A stretch of DNA of 63,965 bases, counting the filler, from Candidatus Tectimicrobiota bacterium (GTDB lineage Bacteria; JACPSX01): the NCBI GenBank assembly GCA_016193065.1. It is 5 parts of 5 records of this genome, joined end to end, with 100 filler letters (N's around TTAATTAATTAA, not from the genome) between each part and the next. Parts side by side here need not be neighbours in the genome. Positions count along the whole stretch, not along the records: positions 1 to 26,266 come from JACPSX010000294.1; 4 more parts are not named here. One strand, 5' to 3'. Position 1 is the stretch's first letter. The number at the start of each line of letters is the position of its first letter. A program made the position numbers and the translations under genes. The notes below the pieces were generated by a model. That model did not search any database. It had not been told where the DNA came from and saw nothing but the letters and a program-made list of their open reading frames with translations. This document shows positions 8,701 through 18,274 of the stretch, piece after piece.

Positions 8701-9826
8701 GTTTGTCTCCCGCCTGGCGCCGCCGGCCATTGCAGAGATCGCGGTAGAGAGCGGCCGTCCTGTCCAGCATCCGGTTCAGGGAAAATTGCTCCTCGACCCG
8801 AAGCCGCCCCTGTTCCCCCATGCGTTGCCGCAGATCAGGGTCCTGAAGCAGCTTGCGCACGGCCTCCGCCAGAGCCCCGCTGTCGGCCGGAGGGACCAGC
8901 AGCCCCGTCTCCTGATCGACAACGGCCTCGGGGATCCCCCCCACACGCGAGGCCACCACCGCTTTTCCTGCCGCCATGGCCTCCAAAACTGCAGTCCCCA
9001 GCGCTTCCTCCAGGGACGGGAACACAAAGACGTCGAAGGTGGCCAGGATCTGGGAGATGTCTTGGCGAAACCCCAGGAAAGAAACGGTGCGATCGAGCTC
9101 CAGCGCTTTGGCCTCGCGCAAGAGATTGTCACGCCCGGGACCATCCCCCACGACGAGGACCTTGAGCCCCGGGTATTCCTGGCGCAGGCGCGCCGCCGCC
9201 TCCAGCAGGATGCGATGTCCTTTTTTCCCCCGCAAAATGGAAACCGTTCCGATGACCGGGCCGGGGGAAGACAACCCGAGAGACTTTCGAAACTCGGAGA
9301 GATTGCCGTCCGGCACAAACGCGGCGGGATCGACTCCGCTGGGAATCACGACGATCTTCCGGGCATCCACCCCTTTCCGTTCAGCCAGGTAGCGGCGCAT
9401 GTACTCCGAGAGCGTGATAATGCAATCGGACAGCAGAGAATAAACCAGCTTGTTTTTCACCCGCCCACCCAGGTGGCGCGTCCTCACGACCCGGGGGCGG
9501 TGTCTCACGAACCTTGCCGCCAGACCCGCATTCCAACTGTCCAGTGAGCTGTGGGTGTGCACGATGTGAAACCGTTCCCTGCTCAAGATCCCTCTAAGCG
9601 TGAAAATGGCCCTGAGGTCCACACTACGGCGAAACGCGAGCGGGTAGACAGGGATATTCCGAGTTGCAGCCTCCAAGGCTAACGGGCTCCTGGCCGGGCA
9701 GGCCAACGACAACGTGAAGTCCGGCGCCGAGAGCCCGGTCAACTCCCGCAAGATTCTCTTTTCCTGCCCGCCCCATCCCGCGGACGACTCCGTGTGCAGA
9801 ATTTTGATCGTGCCGTCGTGAATCAC
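8687..9826 (-). CDS. GT4 glycosyltransferase
   Basis: ILHTESSAGWGGQE, HTHSSLDSW, EALGTAVLEAMAAG. Confidence 0.9.
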   Translation of the reverse strand: MIHDGTIKILHTESSAGWGGQEKRILRELTGLSAPDFTLSLACPARSPLALEAATRNIPVYPLAFRRSVDLRAIFTLRGILSRERFHIVHTHSSLDSWNAGLAARFVRHRPRVVRTRHLGGRVKNKLVYSLLSDCIITLSEYMRRYLAERKGVDARKIVVIPSGVDPAAFVPDGNLSEFRKSLGLSSPGPVIGTVSILRGKKGHRILLEAAARLRQEYPGLKVLVVGDGPGRDNLLREAKALELDRTVSFLGFRQDISQILATFDVFVFPSLEEALGTAVLEAMAAGKAVVASRVGGIPEAVVDQETGLLVPPADSGALAEAVRKLLQDPDLRQRMGEQGRLRVEEQFSLNRMLDRTAALYRDLCNGRRRQAGDKHGTG

Positions 9827-9835
9827 TGTGAATCC

Positions 9836-9870
9836 TTAGCTGTCAGCGTTCAGCAATCAGCTTTCAGCCG
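9836..9870 (+). repeat. Degenerate heptamer tandem repeat (TCAGCNN)5
   Basis: ttagctg tcagcgt tcagcaa tcagctt tcagccg. Confidence 0.7.
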
Positions 9871-9877
9871 TCTCAAG

Positions 9878-9904
9878 AGGGCACCCACCTAGGGGTGCCC
9901 CTAC
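9878..9904 (-). repeat. GTAG-type REP palindrome
   Basis: Minus strand GTAGGGGCACCCCTAGGTGGGTGCCC: GTAG tetranucleotide followed by a GC hairpin. Confidence 0.6.
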
Positions 9905-10126
9905 ACAGGGCTGCGCACTGTAACGGATCCTGCCGCGCTTTCCACGCACAGCGACCTAGGATCGCCAGGGACAGCCCCCGCAAGGGCGACTTAGAATTTT
10001 GCCGGCGGTTGAGTCGCACGAGCAAAATCCATTCGTCAGTAAAAAGAACTTTCGAAGAGAACACAAAGCAATGTGCAAAATTGTACTGGAGCCCCAAGGG
10101 GGCTGCCCCTGCCGAGCAACAGTCCT

Positions 10127-11278
10127 TCATGTCCGGAAACCTTCTCGCAACCTGTCTCCGAGTTGTGCTCCCATCTCTATTCCGGCGGGTCTCGACTCCA
10201 GCTGGCGGCGGGCGGCCTCAACCACCTCCTCCACGCTGATCTGCTCCAGGCAGAACGGGTCGGGACAGCGCTTGGTCACGCAGCGCACGCAGGTTTTCTC
10301 CTTCTGGATCGCGATGTGCAAATCGTCGCAAGCATACGGTCCGATCGTGCGCGAGTCCGAAGGACAAAACAGGGACACGGTCGGGGTCCCCACGGCAAAG
10401 GCCAGGTGCATGGGACCCGTGTCGTTGGTGATCAGGAGCCGGCAGCGCGCCAGAAGAGCCGCCGTACCCCGGACCCCGAGCTTGCCGGCCGCCACCAGAG
10501 GCCGGCAGTGAGCTTGGCTTTCGAAGCGGGCCACGCGCAGCTTATCTCCAGGCCCCCCGGTCAGAACAACCCGGGCATCGTAGTCGCGGGCCAGGACGTC
10601 AGCCACCCGGGCGAATCGTTCGGCGGGCCAGCACTTGTAGGGTTGGGCCGCCCCGATGTGAAAAGCGATCAGCGGGTCTCCCTGGCCTCCTCCCACAGCA
10701 TCAAGAAACATCCGGGCCTCATCGTGATCCATGTCGTTGAGACGAAGAATCAGGCGGCGATCCGCCGTGTCGGCGCCCAAGACCCGCACGAGCTCCAGCC
10801 TCTTCTCCACCGTGTGGAGATCCGGTTGCCACGGAACAGCGTCCGTCAGAAGGGATGAGAAGCGCGTATCCCTCGCGTAGCCGATGATTCTTGGTGCCCC
10901 GGTCAGGGCAGCCAGCGGCCAGATATCGGGATCGTTGCCATGGAAGACGAGAACCGCGTCGTAACGGCGCTGGCGCAGCCGGGCGGCCATGATCGGAGTC
11001 CCGATCAGGTGCTTGCGGTACGGGATGAGTGCGTCCACGTGGGGGTTGCCCTGCAGCACCCCCAGGCGGTCACGGTGTACGAGGACTTCCAGGAGGCAGT
11101 CCGGGTACGTTTCCTTGAGGGCGCGCAGCGCCGGCGTTCCCAGAAGAGTATCCCCGATGGCCGTGGTGCTGATCACCAAAATCCGAGCGGCAGATGATGT
11201 TCCCACCGCCTCCGGCCGCCTCGGGAAAGCGCGCACAACCGCTCGGATGATCCGGTCACCAAGCCTGCGGGAACTCAC
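10127..11278 (-). CDS. GT9 ADP-heptose:LPS heptosyltransferase family protein
   Basis: TTAIGDTLLGTP, KCWPAERF, TNDTGPMHLA; GTG start overlapping upstream stop. Confidence 0.9.
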   Translation of the reverse strand: MSSRRLGDRIIRAVVRAFPRRPEAVGTSSAARILVISTTAIGDTLLGTPALRALKETYPDCLLEVLVHRDRLGVLQGNPHVDALIPYRKHLIGTPIMAARLRQRRYDAVLVFHGNDPDIWPLAALTGAPRIIGYARDTRFSSLLTDAVPWQPDLHTVEKRLELVRVLGADTADRRLILRLNDMDHDEARMFLDAVGGGQGDPLIAFHIGAAQPYKCWPAERFARVADVLARDYDARVVLTGGPGDKLRVARFESQAHCRPLVAAGKLGVRGTAALLARCRLLITNDTGPMHLAFAVGTPTVSLFCPSDSRTIGPYACDDLHIAIQKEKTCVRCVTKRCPDPFCLEQISVEEVVEAARRQLESRPAGIEMGAQLGDRLREGFRT

Positions 11279-12447
11279 CGGATCCCCTCCCCTGCGGACG
11301 GCTGCTGGACCGCCATCTCTTCCCCGGGCGATAGACCAAACGGGGCTGCCGCCCTCAAACGAAACCCGCGTCGCAAAAGCACGCGATCGACGGCCCTCTT
11401 CACCTCGAAAGCCGGAATCATCTCCAGGCACTCGCTGCGCTTGGAGCCGTAGCAGCCGTCCTGCCCACAAGGGCGGCACGGGAAAGGCTGCGCCACCACC
11501 GTGTGCTCCTCCCCCCATGGACCCCACTGGTGCTCGCCGGAGGGACCGAAAAGGGCGATGACGGGTGTGCCGACCGCGGCGGCAATGTGCATGGGGCCTG
11601 TGTCCACTCCCAAGAAAAGATGGCAAGCCCCGCTCAAGGCGGCCAGATCCTTCAGCGTCGTGCGGCCGGCCCAGTTCAGGGGTCTGTGCCGGCAGATGGA
11701 AACGATGCGGGAAGCCTTCTCCACTTCCCGCGCGGCCGGACCGCTTGTCACAATGACCTGCGCGCCCAGGCCGCCCGCCAGGTAATCAATGACCTCGGCC
11801 ACCGCCTCATCCCGCCAGCATTTGAAAAACCACTTGGAGGTGGGGTGCACGTGGACGCGCAGGCCATCCCCCCCGGCCCCGGCTTCCTCCAGGCGCGCCG
11901 TCACCCGCTCCCGGTCCTCCCGTCCACAGGGCATGAACGGAGCGTAACCAGCCGGCACTGGAATGAAGGGGCGCACGAGATCCAGGCTGTGCTCCACCAT
12001 GTGCTTGATCTGCGCTCCCCATTCCACCTGGTGCGTGTAGAGATACCGCTTCCCCCAGAAGCCCCGGTTAAAATCGTAGCTCACCCTGACCCGGGCGCCG
12101 CTGAAGAGCGCGACAATGGCCGCCCGGTCGCCTCCCGTGAAGTCGAAGACCACGTCGAACCGACGCTTGCGCACTTGCGCGACGAACAATCCTTCCCGCC
12201 AACAGCGTTCTAGAAAAGGGAGATTCTTCCAGCCCCGCTCGAAGACGAGCACCTCATCCAGATCCGGATTCCCCTGCACCACCTCCTCCGTTCCCGAGTT
12301 GACCAGCATGGCCAAGTAGCTCCTGGGGTAAGCGGATCGCACGGCCCGCACGGCAGGAGTAGTCAGCAGGAGATCTCCGATCTCCCGCAGCTTGATGAGG
12401 AGAATGCGCTCCGCCCGGGGGAGCCTAACGGGTCCGGATACGAGCAT
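11275..12447 (-). CDS. rfaQ: GT9 heptosyltransferase III-like (WaaQ/RfaQ)
   Basis: IKLREIGDLLLTTP, HPTSKWFFKCW, GVDTGPMHIAAA. Confidence 0.8.
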   Translation of the reverse strand: MLVSGPVRLPRAERILLIKLREIGDLLLTTPAVRAVRSAYPRSYLAMLVNSGTEEVVQGNPDLDEVLVFERGWKNLPFLERCWREGLFVAQVRKRRFDVVFDFTGGDRAAIVALFSGARVRVSYDFNRGFWGKRYLYTHQVEWGAQIKHMVEHSLDLVRPFIPVPAGYAPFMPCGREDRERVTARLEEAGAGGDGLRVHVHPTSKWFFKCWRDEAVAEVIDYLAGGLGAQVIVTSGPAAREVEKASRIVSICRHRPLNWAGRTTLKDLAALSGACHLFLGVDTGPMHIAAAVGTPVIALFGPSGEHQWGPWGEEHTVVAQPFPCRPCGQDGCYGSKRSECLEMIPAFEVKRAVDRVLLRRGFRLRAAAPFGLSPGEEMAVQQPSAGEGIR

Positions 12448-13492
12448 TCCCACGCCACTCCACGGCCGCCACGGCCTCCAGCACATCGTCTACACCGATC
12501 TCGGAAATCTTCTTGCCGGCAGCGACGTGGCGGATCTCCTTGCGGGTCTTGTAGCCTCCGCTGGAACCTCCCACCACCGTGAGCCTGGATGTCCAGGGGT
12601 GCCAGGTCGTCAGCGTCGCCGCCCCCCACAGAACCACCACTGGCACTCCCACGCCGGCAGCCAGGTGCGAAGGACCGCTGTCAATCCCCACGAACAGATC
12701 CGAACGCTCCAGGAGAGCTGCCAGTTCACCCAGGGAGGTTTCCCCGCACCAGTTGAGACCGGCCGTCTTCATTTCGTTGAGAATTCCGTCCACTTCCTCT
12801 CTGTCGCCCGCCGAGCCGATAAAAACAGGCCGCACCTTAAGACTGGAGAGCAGCGCATCGGCCAGAGCGGCGAAATTTTCCGTCCCCCAGCGGTTCGTAT
12901 TCCCCGCCGGGATGGGATGGAACACGACGACGGGTTCCTCCTCGTCGATCCTCTGCTCACGAAGCCTCTCCCGAACCGATTCCCTTGCCCCCGGTTGAAC
13001 AGGCATTACCAGCTCACCGGGTGTTCCCCGAATACCCCCGCAGCGCAAGGTGGCCAGGTGCCTCTCGACCATGTGGAAGGGACCCGGAGAACCCAGGATT
13101 TCCGAGAACGGCGGCACCCGCACATTGTACACCCGGTTCCAGGCGTTGGCCTTCTGCAGCCCCCCGACGCGGCGCTTGGCCCCGGAAGCCAGGGTCATGA
13201 GGGCGCTGCGGGGGCCGCCGTGCAGGTTGAAGACCCAGTCGAAGCGCCCTCGCCGCAGGCGCCGGAGAAAGGTGAGCTGCCGCGCCCAGGAGTTCCCCAC
13301 CGGGCATGACAGGACCTCGTCCACGTAAGGGTTCCCCGCGAAGATCGCCTCGCTCCCCTCGTCGACGGCCACAGCCAGGTAACTATCAGGGTGGGATTCT
13401 TTCACGGCCCGCGTACACGGGGTCATCAGGACCAGATCCCCGAGGGAGCGCAGGCGGATGAGAAGAATTTTAAGAGAATGGCCGCCAGTCAC
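12425..13492 (-). CDS. GT9 heptosyltransferase family protein
   Basis: IRLRSLGDLVLMTP, NLHGGPRS, GIDSGPSHLAA. Confidence 0.9.
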   Translation of the reverse strand: MTGGHSLKILLIRLRSLGDLVLMTPCTRAVKESHPDSYLAVAVDEGSEAIFAGNPYVDEVLSCPVGNSWARQLTFLRRLRRGRFDWVFNLHGGPRSALMTLASGAKRRVGGLQKANAWNRVYNVRVPPFSEILGSPGPFHMVERHLATLRCGGIRGTPGELVMPVQPGARESVRERLREQRIDEEEPVVVFHPIPAGNTNRWGTENFAALADALLSSLKVRPVFIGSAGDREEVDGILNEMKTAGLNWCGETSLGELAALLERSDLFVGIDSGPSHLAAGVGVPVVVLWGAATLTTWHPWTSRLTVVGGSSGGYKTRKEIRHVAAGKKISEIGVDDVLEAVAAVEWRGNARIRTR

Positions 13493-14559
13493 GAGCCGCA
13501 CTGCCCCACACGCAGCGGTGATCGTCGGGCAGCAGCATTCTTGAGGAGATCCTGGCTCGCCCTGACCACCTCATCCACCCCGATTTCCTCCAGGCAGTAC
13601 GGCTTTCCGGAAGGGGCCGGCATGCACTCCTTGAAGAATTTCTGGCGGCAGGGGGAGCAGGGAAAGCGCTTCGAGACCACCCGGTAGCGGTCGGGATCCA
13701 GAACCGGCCCTGTTCTCTCGGCGGTGCCGGGGCCGAAAATGCCGACCACAGGCGTCCCTACCGCCGCCGCCACATGCATGATGCCGCTGTCATTGCCCAG
13801 GAAAAGATCACACTGTCCGAGCAGGGCAGGCAAATCCTCCAGAGCCACCTGGCCCGCCGCCAGGAAAACTCCCGGCCCCTGAAACACCCCGGCCCACTCC
13901 CGGCCTTCCTCCGCCGTGCCCAGAACAAGAGATCGGGTCCCTTGCCTGGACCAGAGTTCCCGGCAAACCTCCCCGAACCGCTCCACGGCCCAGCCCCGCG
14001 GGCTCTTGGAAGCTCCGGGGTGAACTGCCACCAGAGGTTCTTTCCCATCTAGTCCGTGAACGCGCAGATAGTCCCGCATGCGATCCCTGGCGTCTTCTTC
14101 AACGGCCAGAGTGAGAGGGGGTCTTGTCCCTCCCCAACCCAGGCTGCGAATCAGGTTTAGAAAATAGTCGGCGTGGTGCAAGTTGCGCGTCTGCGGCGGG
14201 CAGGCGACGGGATCGCTCAGGAGGAAACCGCGCCCCTCGCGATCGTATCCCAAGCGACGGCGCGCGCCGCTCAGGCGGGCCAGGAAGGCCGACTTCCAGG
14301 AATTGGGCAGAACCAGGGCCAGGTCAAAACGGCAGGCACGCAGGGAGAGAAGCAGGCCCATTGTCTGCCGCAGGCTCCGGCGGTCCCACGGGTAGACCGC
14401 GTCCACATCCGGATTGTCCTTCAGGATGCCGCATATCTCCCGGCGCACGATCCCCACGACCCGGGCCCGGGGGTAGAGTTCTTTAAGAGCTTTCAGCGCG
14501 GGAAAGCTCAGGACTACATCGCCAATCCAGTTGGGGAGCCAGACAGCAATCCGCTCCAC
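13489..14559 (-). CDS. waaF: LPS heptosyltransferase II
   Basis: LPNWIGDVVLS, LPNSWKSA, GNDSGIMHVAAA. Confidence 0.85.
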   Translation of the reverse strand: MERIAVWLPNWIGDVVLSFPALKALKELYPRARVVGIVRREICGILKDNPDVDAVYPWDRRSLRQTMGLLLSLRACRFDLALVLPNSWKSAFLARLSGARRRLGYDREGRGFLLSDPVACPPQTRNLHHADYFLNLIRSLGWGGTRPPLTLAVEEDARDRMRDYLRVHGLDGKEPLVAVHPGASKSPRGWAVERFGEVCRELWSRQGTRSLVLGTAEEGREWAGVFQGPGVFLAAGQVALEDLPALLGQCDLFLGNDSGIMHVAAAVGTPVVGIFGPGTAERTGPVLDPDRYRVVSKRFPCSPCRQKFFKECMPAPSGKPYCLEEIGVDEVVRASQDLLKNAAARRSPLRVGQCGS

Positions 14560-14581
14560 TCACAATCCTCCACCCCTCTCC

Positions 14582-16366
14582 CTATTCCTCTCCCCGGGGG
14601 GGAGAGGTGACGGTTGAGGGGGACAGGAATTCCCGGGCTTCCTCCGCGGCGAACTGCATGTCGTGGTAGCGCCGGTAGACTCCCCCGCGCTTGATCAGTT
14701 CCTGGTGGCTGCCCTGCTCCACGATGGTCCCCCGGTCCAGGACGATGATCCGGTCGGCGTTCTTGATGGTGGACAGGCGATGGGCGATGACGAAGGTGGT
14801 GCGGGACTTCATGAGGTTGCTCAAGGCAACCTGCACGATCTTTTCGGACTCCGAATCGAGAGAGGAAGTGGCCTCGTCGAGGATGAGGATCGGAGCATCC
14901 TTGAGAAGGGCCCGGGCAATGGCCAGCCTCTGGCGCTCTCCTCCGGAAAGCTTGACCCCGCGCTCGCCGATCACCGTGCCGTACCCCTCCGCAAGCCCCA
15001 GGATGAACTCGTGGGCATAGGCCGCCCGGGCCGCTTCCACAATCTCTTCAAACGCGGCGTCGGGCCGCGCGTAGGCGATGTTGTTGCGCACCGTGTCGTT
15101 GAACAGGAAGGTCTCCTGGGTCACGACCCCAATCTGATGGCGCAGGGATTTGATGGAAACCCGCCGCAAATCGGTGCCGTCAACGATCAGGCTTCCCGAG
15201 GTCACATTGTAAAAGCGCAGCAGGAGGTCCACCAGCGTCGTCTTGCCGGCCCCGCTCATCCCCACAATCGCTACGATCTCCCCCTTGTGCACCGTCAACC
15301 GGATGTCCCTGAGGACGTCTTTCCCTTCCGGCGAATACCGGAAGGAGACCCCACGGAACTCAATATCACGGGAAAAACGAGGCAAGGCCGGCAGTTCTCC
15401 ATCCGCAGCCGCTTCGGTCGGGGACTCCATGAGCGCGAAAACCCTCTCGGCGGCGGCGATGGACTCCTGGACCTGGGAGTACGCCTTGCCCAGAACGCGG
15501 GCCGGATTGTAGAGAAGGAAGAGCCCGCCCACGAAGGCGAAGAAAGTCCCCGTGGTCACCGTACCCTTGAAGACCTGGTTCCCTCCGTACCAGATGATCA
15601 CGGCGGCCCCGCACACCCCCAGGAATTCCATGAGCGGGCTGGTGAGCTCGCTGTACTTCACGCTTTTCATGATCACCTGAAAGAACGCCTTGTTGTCCTT
15701 CTGGAATTTTTTCTCCTCCAGCCCCTCCCCGCCAAAGGCCCGCACCACCCGGACCCCGGAAAAGGATTCCTGCAGCGTGCCGGTGAGTTTCCCCATGATC
15801 TCCTGTCCCCGGTGACCGAGCCGGCGCAGGTGCCGGGCGATCATGGAGACCACGACCGCCGTCACGGGAAACACCAGCAGAGAGATGAGGGCCCAATCCC
15901 ACTTGTAGTAAAACACCCACCCCAGCAGCCCAAGCAGCGTCACCGTGTTGATCAGGACGTCCCGAAAAACGCTGGTGACCGACTTCTGCATGGTGGTGAC
16001 ATCGTACAGGACGCGGGACATGAGGGCCCCTGTGGAGTCCCCGTCGAAGTGGGATAGGGGCAGGCGGTGAATGTGGCGGAAGAGTTCCGTGCGCAGGTCG
16101 ACGAGAAGGCTGCCGCTCACGTAGTACATGAGATAATCCTGCAGGTACGAGCAGGTGGCCTTCACAAAGTAGAGGCCCACGATGGCCAGAGGGAGCAAGG
16201 TGAGCATTTTCCGGTCCCGCCCCGCGAAGATCTGGTCAAAAATCTTCTGGATCAGCGGAACGGGCGAGGTGGCCACGGCTCCCACCACGACGGATAGCAG
16301 CAAGGCCGCCGCCAGGGGAACCAGGTAGGGGCGCAGGTAGGGGAGAAGTTTAGCCAGAATCTTCAT
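14582..16366 (-). CDS. msbA: Lipid A export ABC transporter permease/ATPase
   Basis: TM domain plus GMSGAGKT, LSGGERQR, ILDEATSSLD; located in LPS cluster. Confidence 0.9.
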   Translation of the reverse strand: MKILAKLLPYLRPYLVPLAAALLLSVVVGAVATSPVPLIQKIFDQIFAGRDRKMLTLLPLAIVGLYFVKATCSYLQDYLMYYVSGSLLVDLRTELFRHIHRLPLSHFDGDSTGALMSRVLYDVTTMQKSVTSVFRDVLINTVTLLGLLGWVFYYKWDWALISLLVFPVTAVVVSMIARHLRRLGHRGQEIMGKLTGTLQESFSGVRVVRAFGGEGLEEKKFQKDNKAFFQVIMKSVKYSELTSPLMEFLGVCGAAVIIWYGGNQVFKGTVTTGTFFAFVGGLFLLYNPARVLGKAYSQVQESIAAAERVFALMESPTEAAADGELPALPRFSRDIEFRGVSFRYSPEGKDVLRDIRLTVHKGEIVAIVGMSGAGKTTLVDLLLRFYNVTSGSLIVDGTDLRRVSIKSLRHQIGVVTQETFLFNDTVRNNIAYARPDAAFEEIVEAARAAYAHEFILGLAEGYGTVIGERGVKLSGGERQRLAIARALLKDAPILILDEATSSLDSESEKIVQVALSNLMKSRTTFVIAHRLSTIKNADRIIVLDRGTIVEQGSHQELIKRGGVYRRYHDMQFAAEEAREFLSPSTVTSPPRGEE

Positions 16367-17124
16367 GCCTTTTCACGCCCCTGCGCCGCCGGCCGGCGCG
16401 CCTTGAAATACTTGGCAAAGGTGTAGTACGCGGTCCCCAGGGCGATGCTCAAGCCCAGCTCCCCTTCCAGAAATCCCAGGCGCAAGACATAGGTTTTCAG
16501 AAAAGCCCCCAGGGGATCCAGGTAGAGGCGATGGGACCCGACGGATTTCCCTTCTCGGATCAACTCCTCGGCGGCCAGGGAGGAATAGCGGTTCAGCCGT
16601 TCGATGTAGTCGCTCAAGCTCTCATAGGTGTGGTGTTCGATTACCCCCTGCAGCGTCCCCACAGGGCCCGAGACGGAAACGGACTCGTGGACCATCCGCT
16701 CGTTAAAGCGGGCCCGGCGCCGGTCGAAGAGGCGCATCGTGTAATCAGGGTACCAACCGCAGCGGCGGATCCAGCGTCCGGCAAAATAGTTGCGCCGGGG
16801 CATGCGATAGACGCTGTGATCGGGTTCTCCGCCCAGAGTCTGCTGGATCTCTTCCTTCAGTTCCGCAGAGACCGTCTCGTCCGCATCCAGGTTCAAGATC
16901 CAGTGGTGGGAAGCCTGTTCGCAGGAATAGTTCTTCTGCCTGCCGTAGCCCTGCCAGTCCCGGCGCAAAACCTTGTCCGTATACCGCCGGCAGACTTCCA
17001 CGGTGTCGTCCTGGCTGAATGCATCGACCACGACGATCTCGTCGGCCCAGAGGAGACTCTCCAGGCAGCGGGCGATCCGTGAACCCTCATTGTAGGCGAT
17101 CACCGTGGCCGAAAGCTTCTCCAT
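16363..17124 (-). CDS. GT2 glycosyltransferase (WaaE/KdtX-like)
   Basis: IAYNE, WADEIVVVD, LDADE, GWYPDY, VHE. Confidence 0.9.
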   Translation of the reverse strand: MEKLSATVIAYNEGSRIARCLESLLWADEIVVVDAFSQDDTVEVCRRYTDKVLRRDWQGYGRQKNYSCEQASHHWILNLDADETVSAELKEEIQQTLGGEPDHSVYRMPRRNYFAGRWIRRCGWYPDYTMRLFDRRRARFNERMVHESVSVSGPVGTLQGVIEHHTYESLSDYIERLNRYSSLAAEELIREGKSVGSHRLYLDPLGAFLKTYVLRLGFLEGELGLSIALGTAYYTFAKYFKARRPAAQGREKA

Positions 17125-17132
17125 GGATCCCC

Positions 17133-17330
17133 TCAGGCCGGATCCCTGCGCTCGGGGTGCTTGGTGAGATCCACGGCCTCATCGATAAGCATGATGGGGA
17201 TGTCTTCCTTGATCTCGTAGAGGAGATTGCAGGCGTCGCAGATGAGACCGTCCCCCGCCTTGTTCAGTCGTATGTCCCCCTTGCACTTGGGACAGGCCAG
17301 AATGTCCAGGAGCTCCTTGTCGATTGCCAT
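17133..17330 (-). CDS. Trm112/YcaR family protein
   Basis: LLDILACPKCKG..LICDAC.LLYEIKEDIPIML. Confidence 0.9.
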   Translation of the reverse strand: MAIDKELLDILACPKCKGDIRLNKAGDGLICDACNLLYEIKEDIPIMLIDEAVDLTKHPERRDPA

Positions 17331-18274
17331 CAGCATCTACCTCCTTTCTGTAGCCAGGTGAACTCCGCCTCAAGTCCTTGGGCCAGCGTGACCCGGGGCT
17401 CATAGCCGAACGCCCGGTGCGCCTTGGTGATATCCGCCAGGGTGTGCTTCATATCCCCCTTCTGGGTGTCCTCGTAGACGACCCGGCCGGACCCTCCGCT
17501 CATCTCTTCCAGGAGAATGAGAACTTGCTTGACGGACACCCGGGAGCCGCCGCCGATATTGTACACCTCCCCTTCCTTCCCCTTCTCAAAAGCGAGAAGG
17601 GTTCCGGACACGGCATCGGAGACAAAGGTGAAATCCCGGGTCTGTTTGCCGTCCCCATACACGTGGAGTGTCCCCCCCGAAAGCAGAGCGGAGATGAACT
17701 TGTGGAATCCCATGTCCGGCCGCTGGCGGGGGCCGTACACGGTGAAGTAGCGCAGCGCTACTGTGGGAACCGCATAGTTTTTCCAGTACAGGCGGCAGAG
17801 GTGCTCGCAGGCCAGCTTGGTCACCCCGTAGGGGGAGATGGGCTTGACCGGGCTCCTCTCGGTCATGGGAATTTCCTCGCAGTCGCCGTAAACCGACGAG
17901 GAAGAGGCGCACACCACCTTACGAAGGGATCTCCCTTTGCAGGCCTCCAGCAGGCGCTGGGTAGCCAGCACGTTGTTCTCCGTATAGACGGCAAAAGAAT
18001 CCCCCCAGCTTGCCCGCACCCCGGCCTGGGCGGCCAGGTGGTAAATTCCTTCAATCCCCTCCATCCACTGCGTCCAGTTCAGAGAAAGCAAATTCTCCCG
18101 GCACAGGGAAAAACGAGGGGACTTCCGCAGCCCCACCAGGTTGGCCTCCTTGACCGCGGGGGAATAATAATCCGTGAAGCAATCGACCCCGACCACCTCG
18201 TGGCCCCGGGCAATCAGCTCCTCGCACAGGTGGGAGCCGATGAATCCGGCGGCTCCGGTGACCAGCAATTTCAT
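17330..18274 (-). CDS. NAD-dependent epimerase/dehydratase (UDP-glucuronate 4-epimerase-like)
   Basis: VTGAAGFIG, HLAAQAGVR, YGVTK, FTVYGPRQRPDM. Confidence 0.9.
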   Translation of the reverse strand: MKLLVTGAAGFIGSHLCEELIARGHEVVGVDCFTDYYSPAVKEANLVGLRKSPRFSLCRENLLSLNWTQWMEGIEGIYHLAAQAGVRASWGDSFAVYTENNVLATQRLLEACKGRSLRKVVCASSSSVYGDCEEIPMTERSPVKPISPYGVTKLACEHLCRLYWKNYAVPTVALRYFTVYGPRQRPDMGFHKFISALLSGGTLHVYGDGKQTRDFTFVSDAVSGTLLAFEKGKEGEVYNIGGGSRVSVKQVLILLEEMSGGSGRVVYEDTQKGDMKHTLADITKAHRAFGYEPRVTLAQGLEAEFTWLQKGGRC

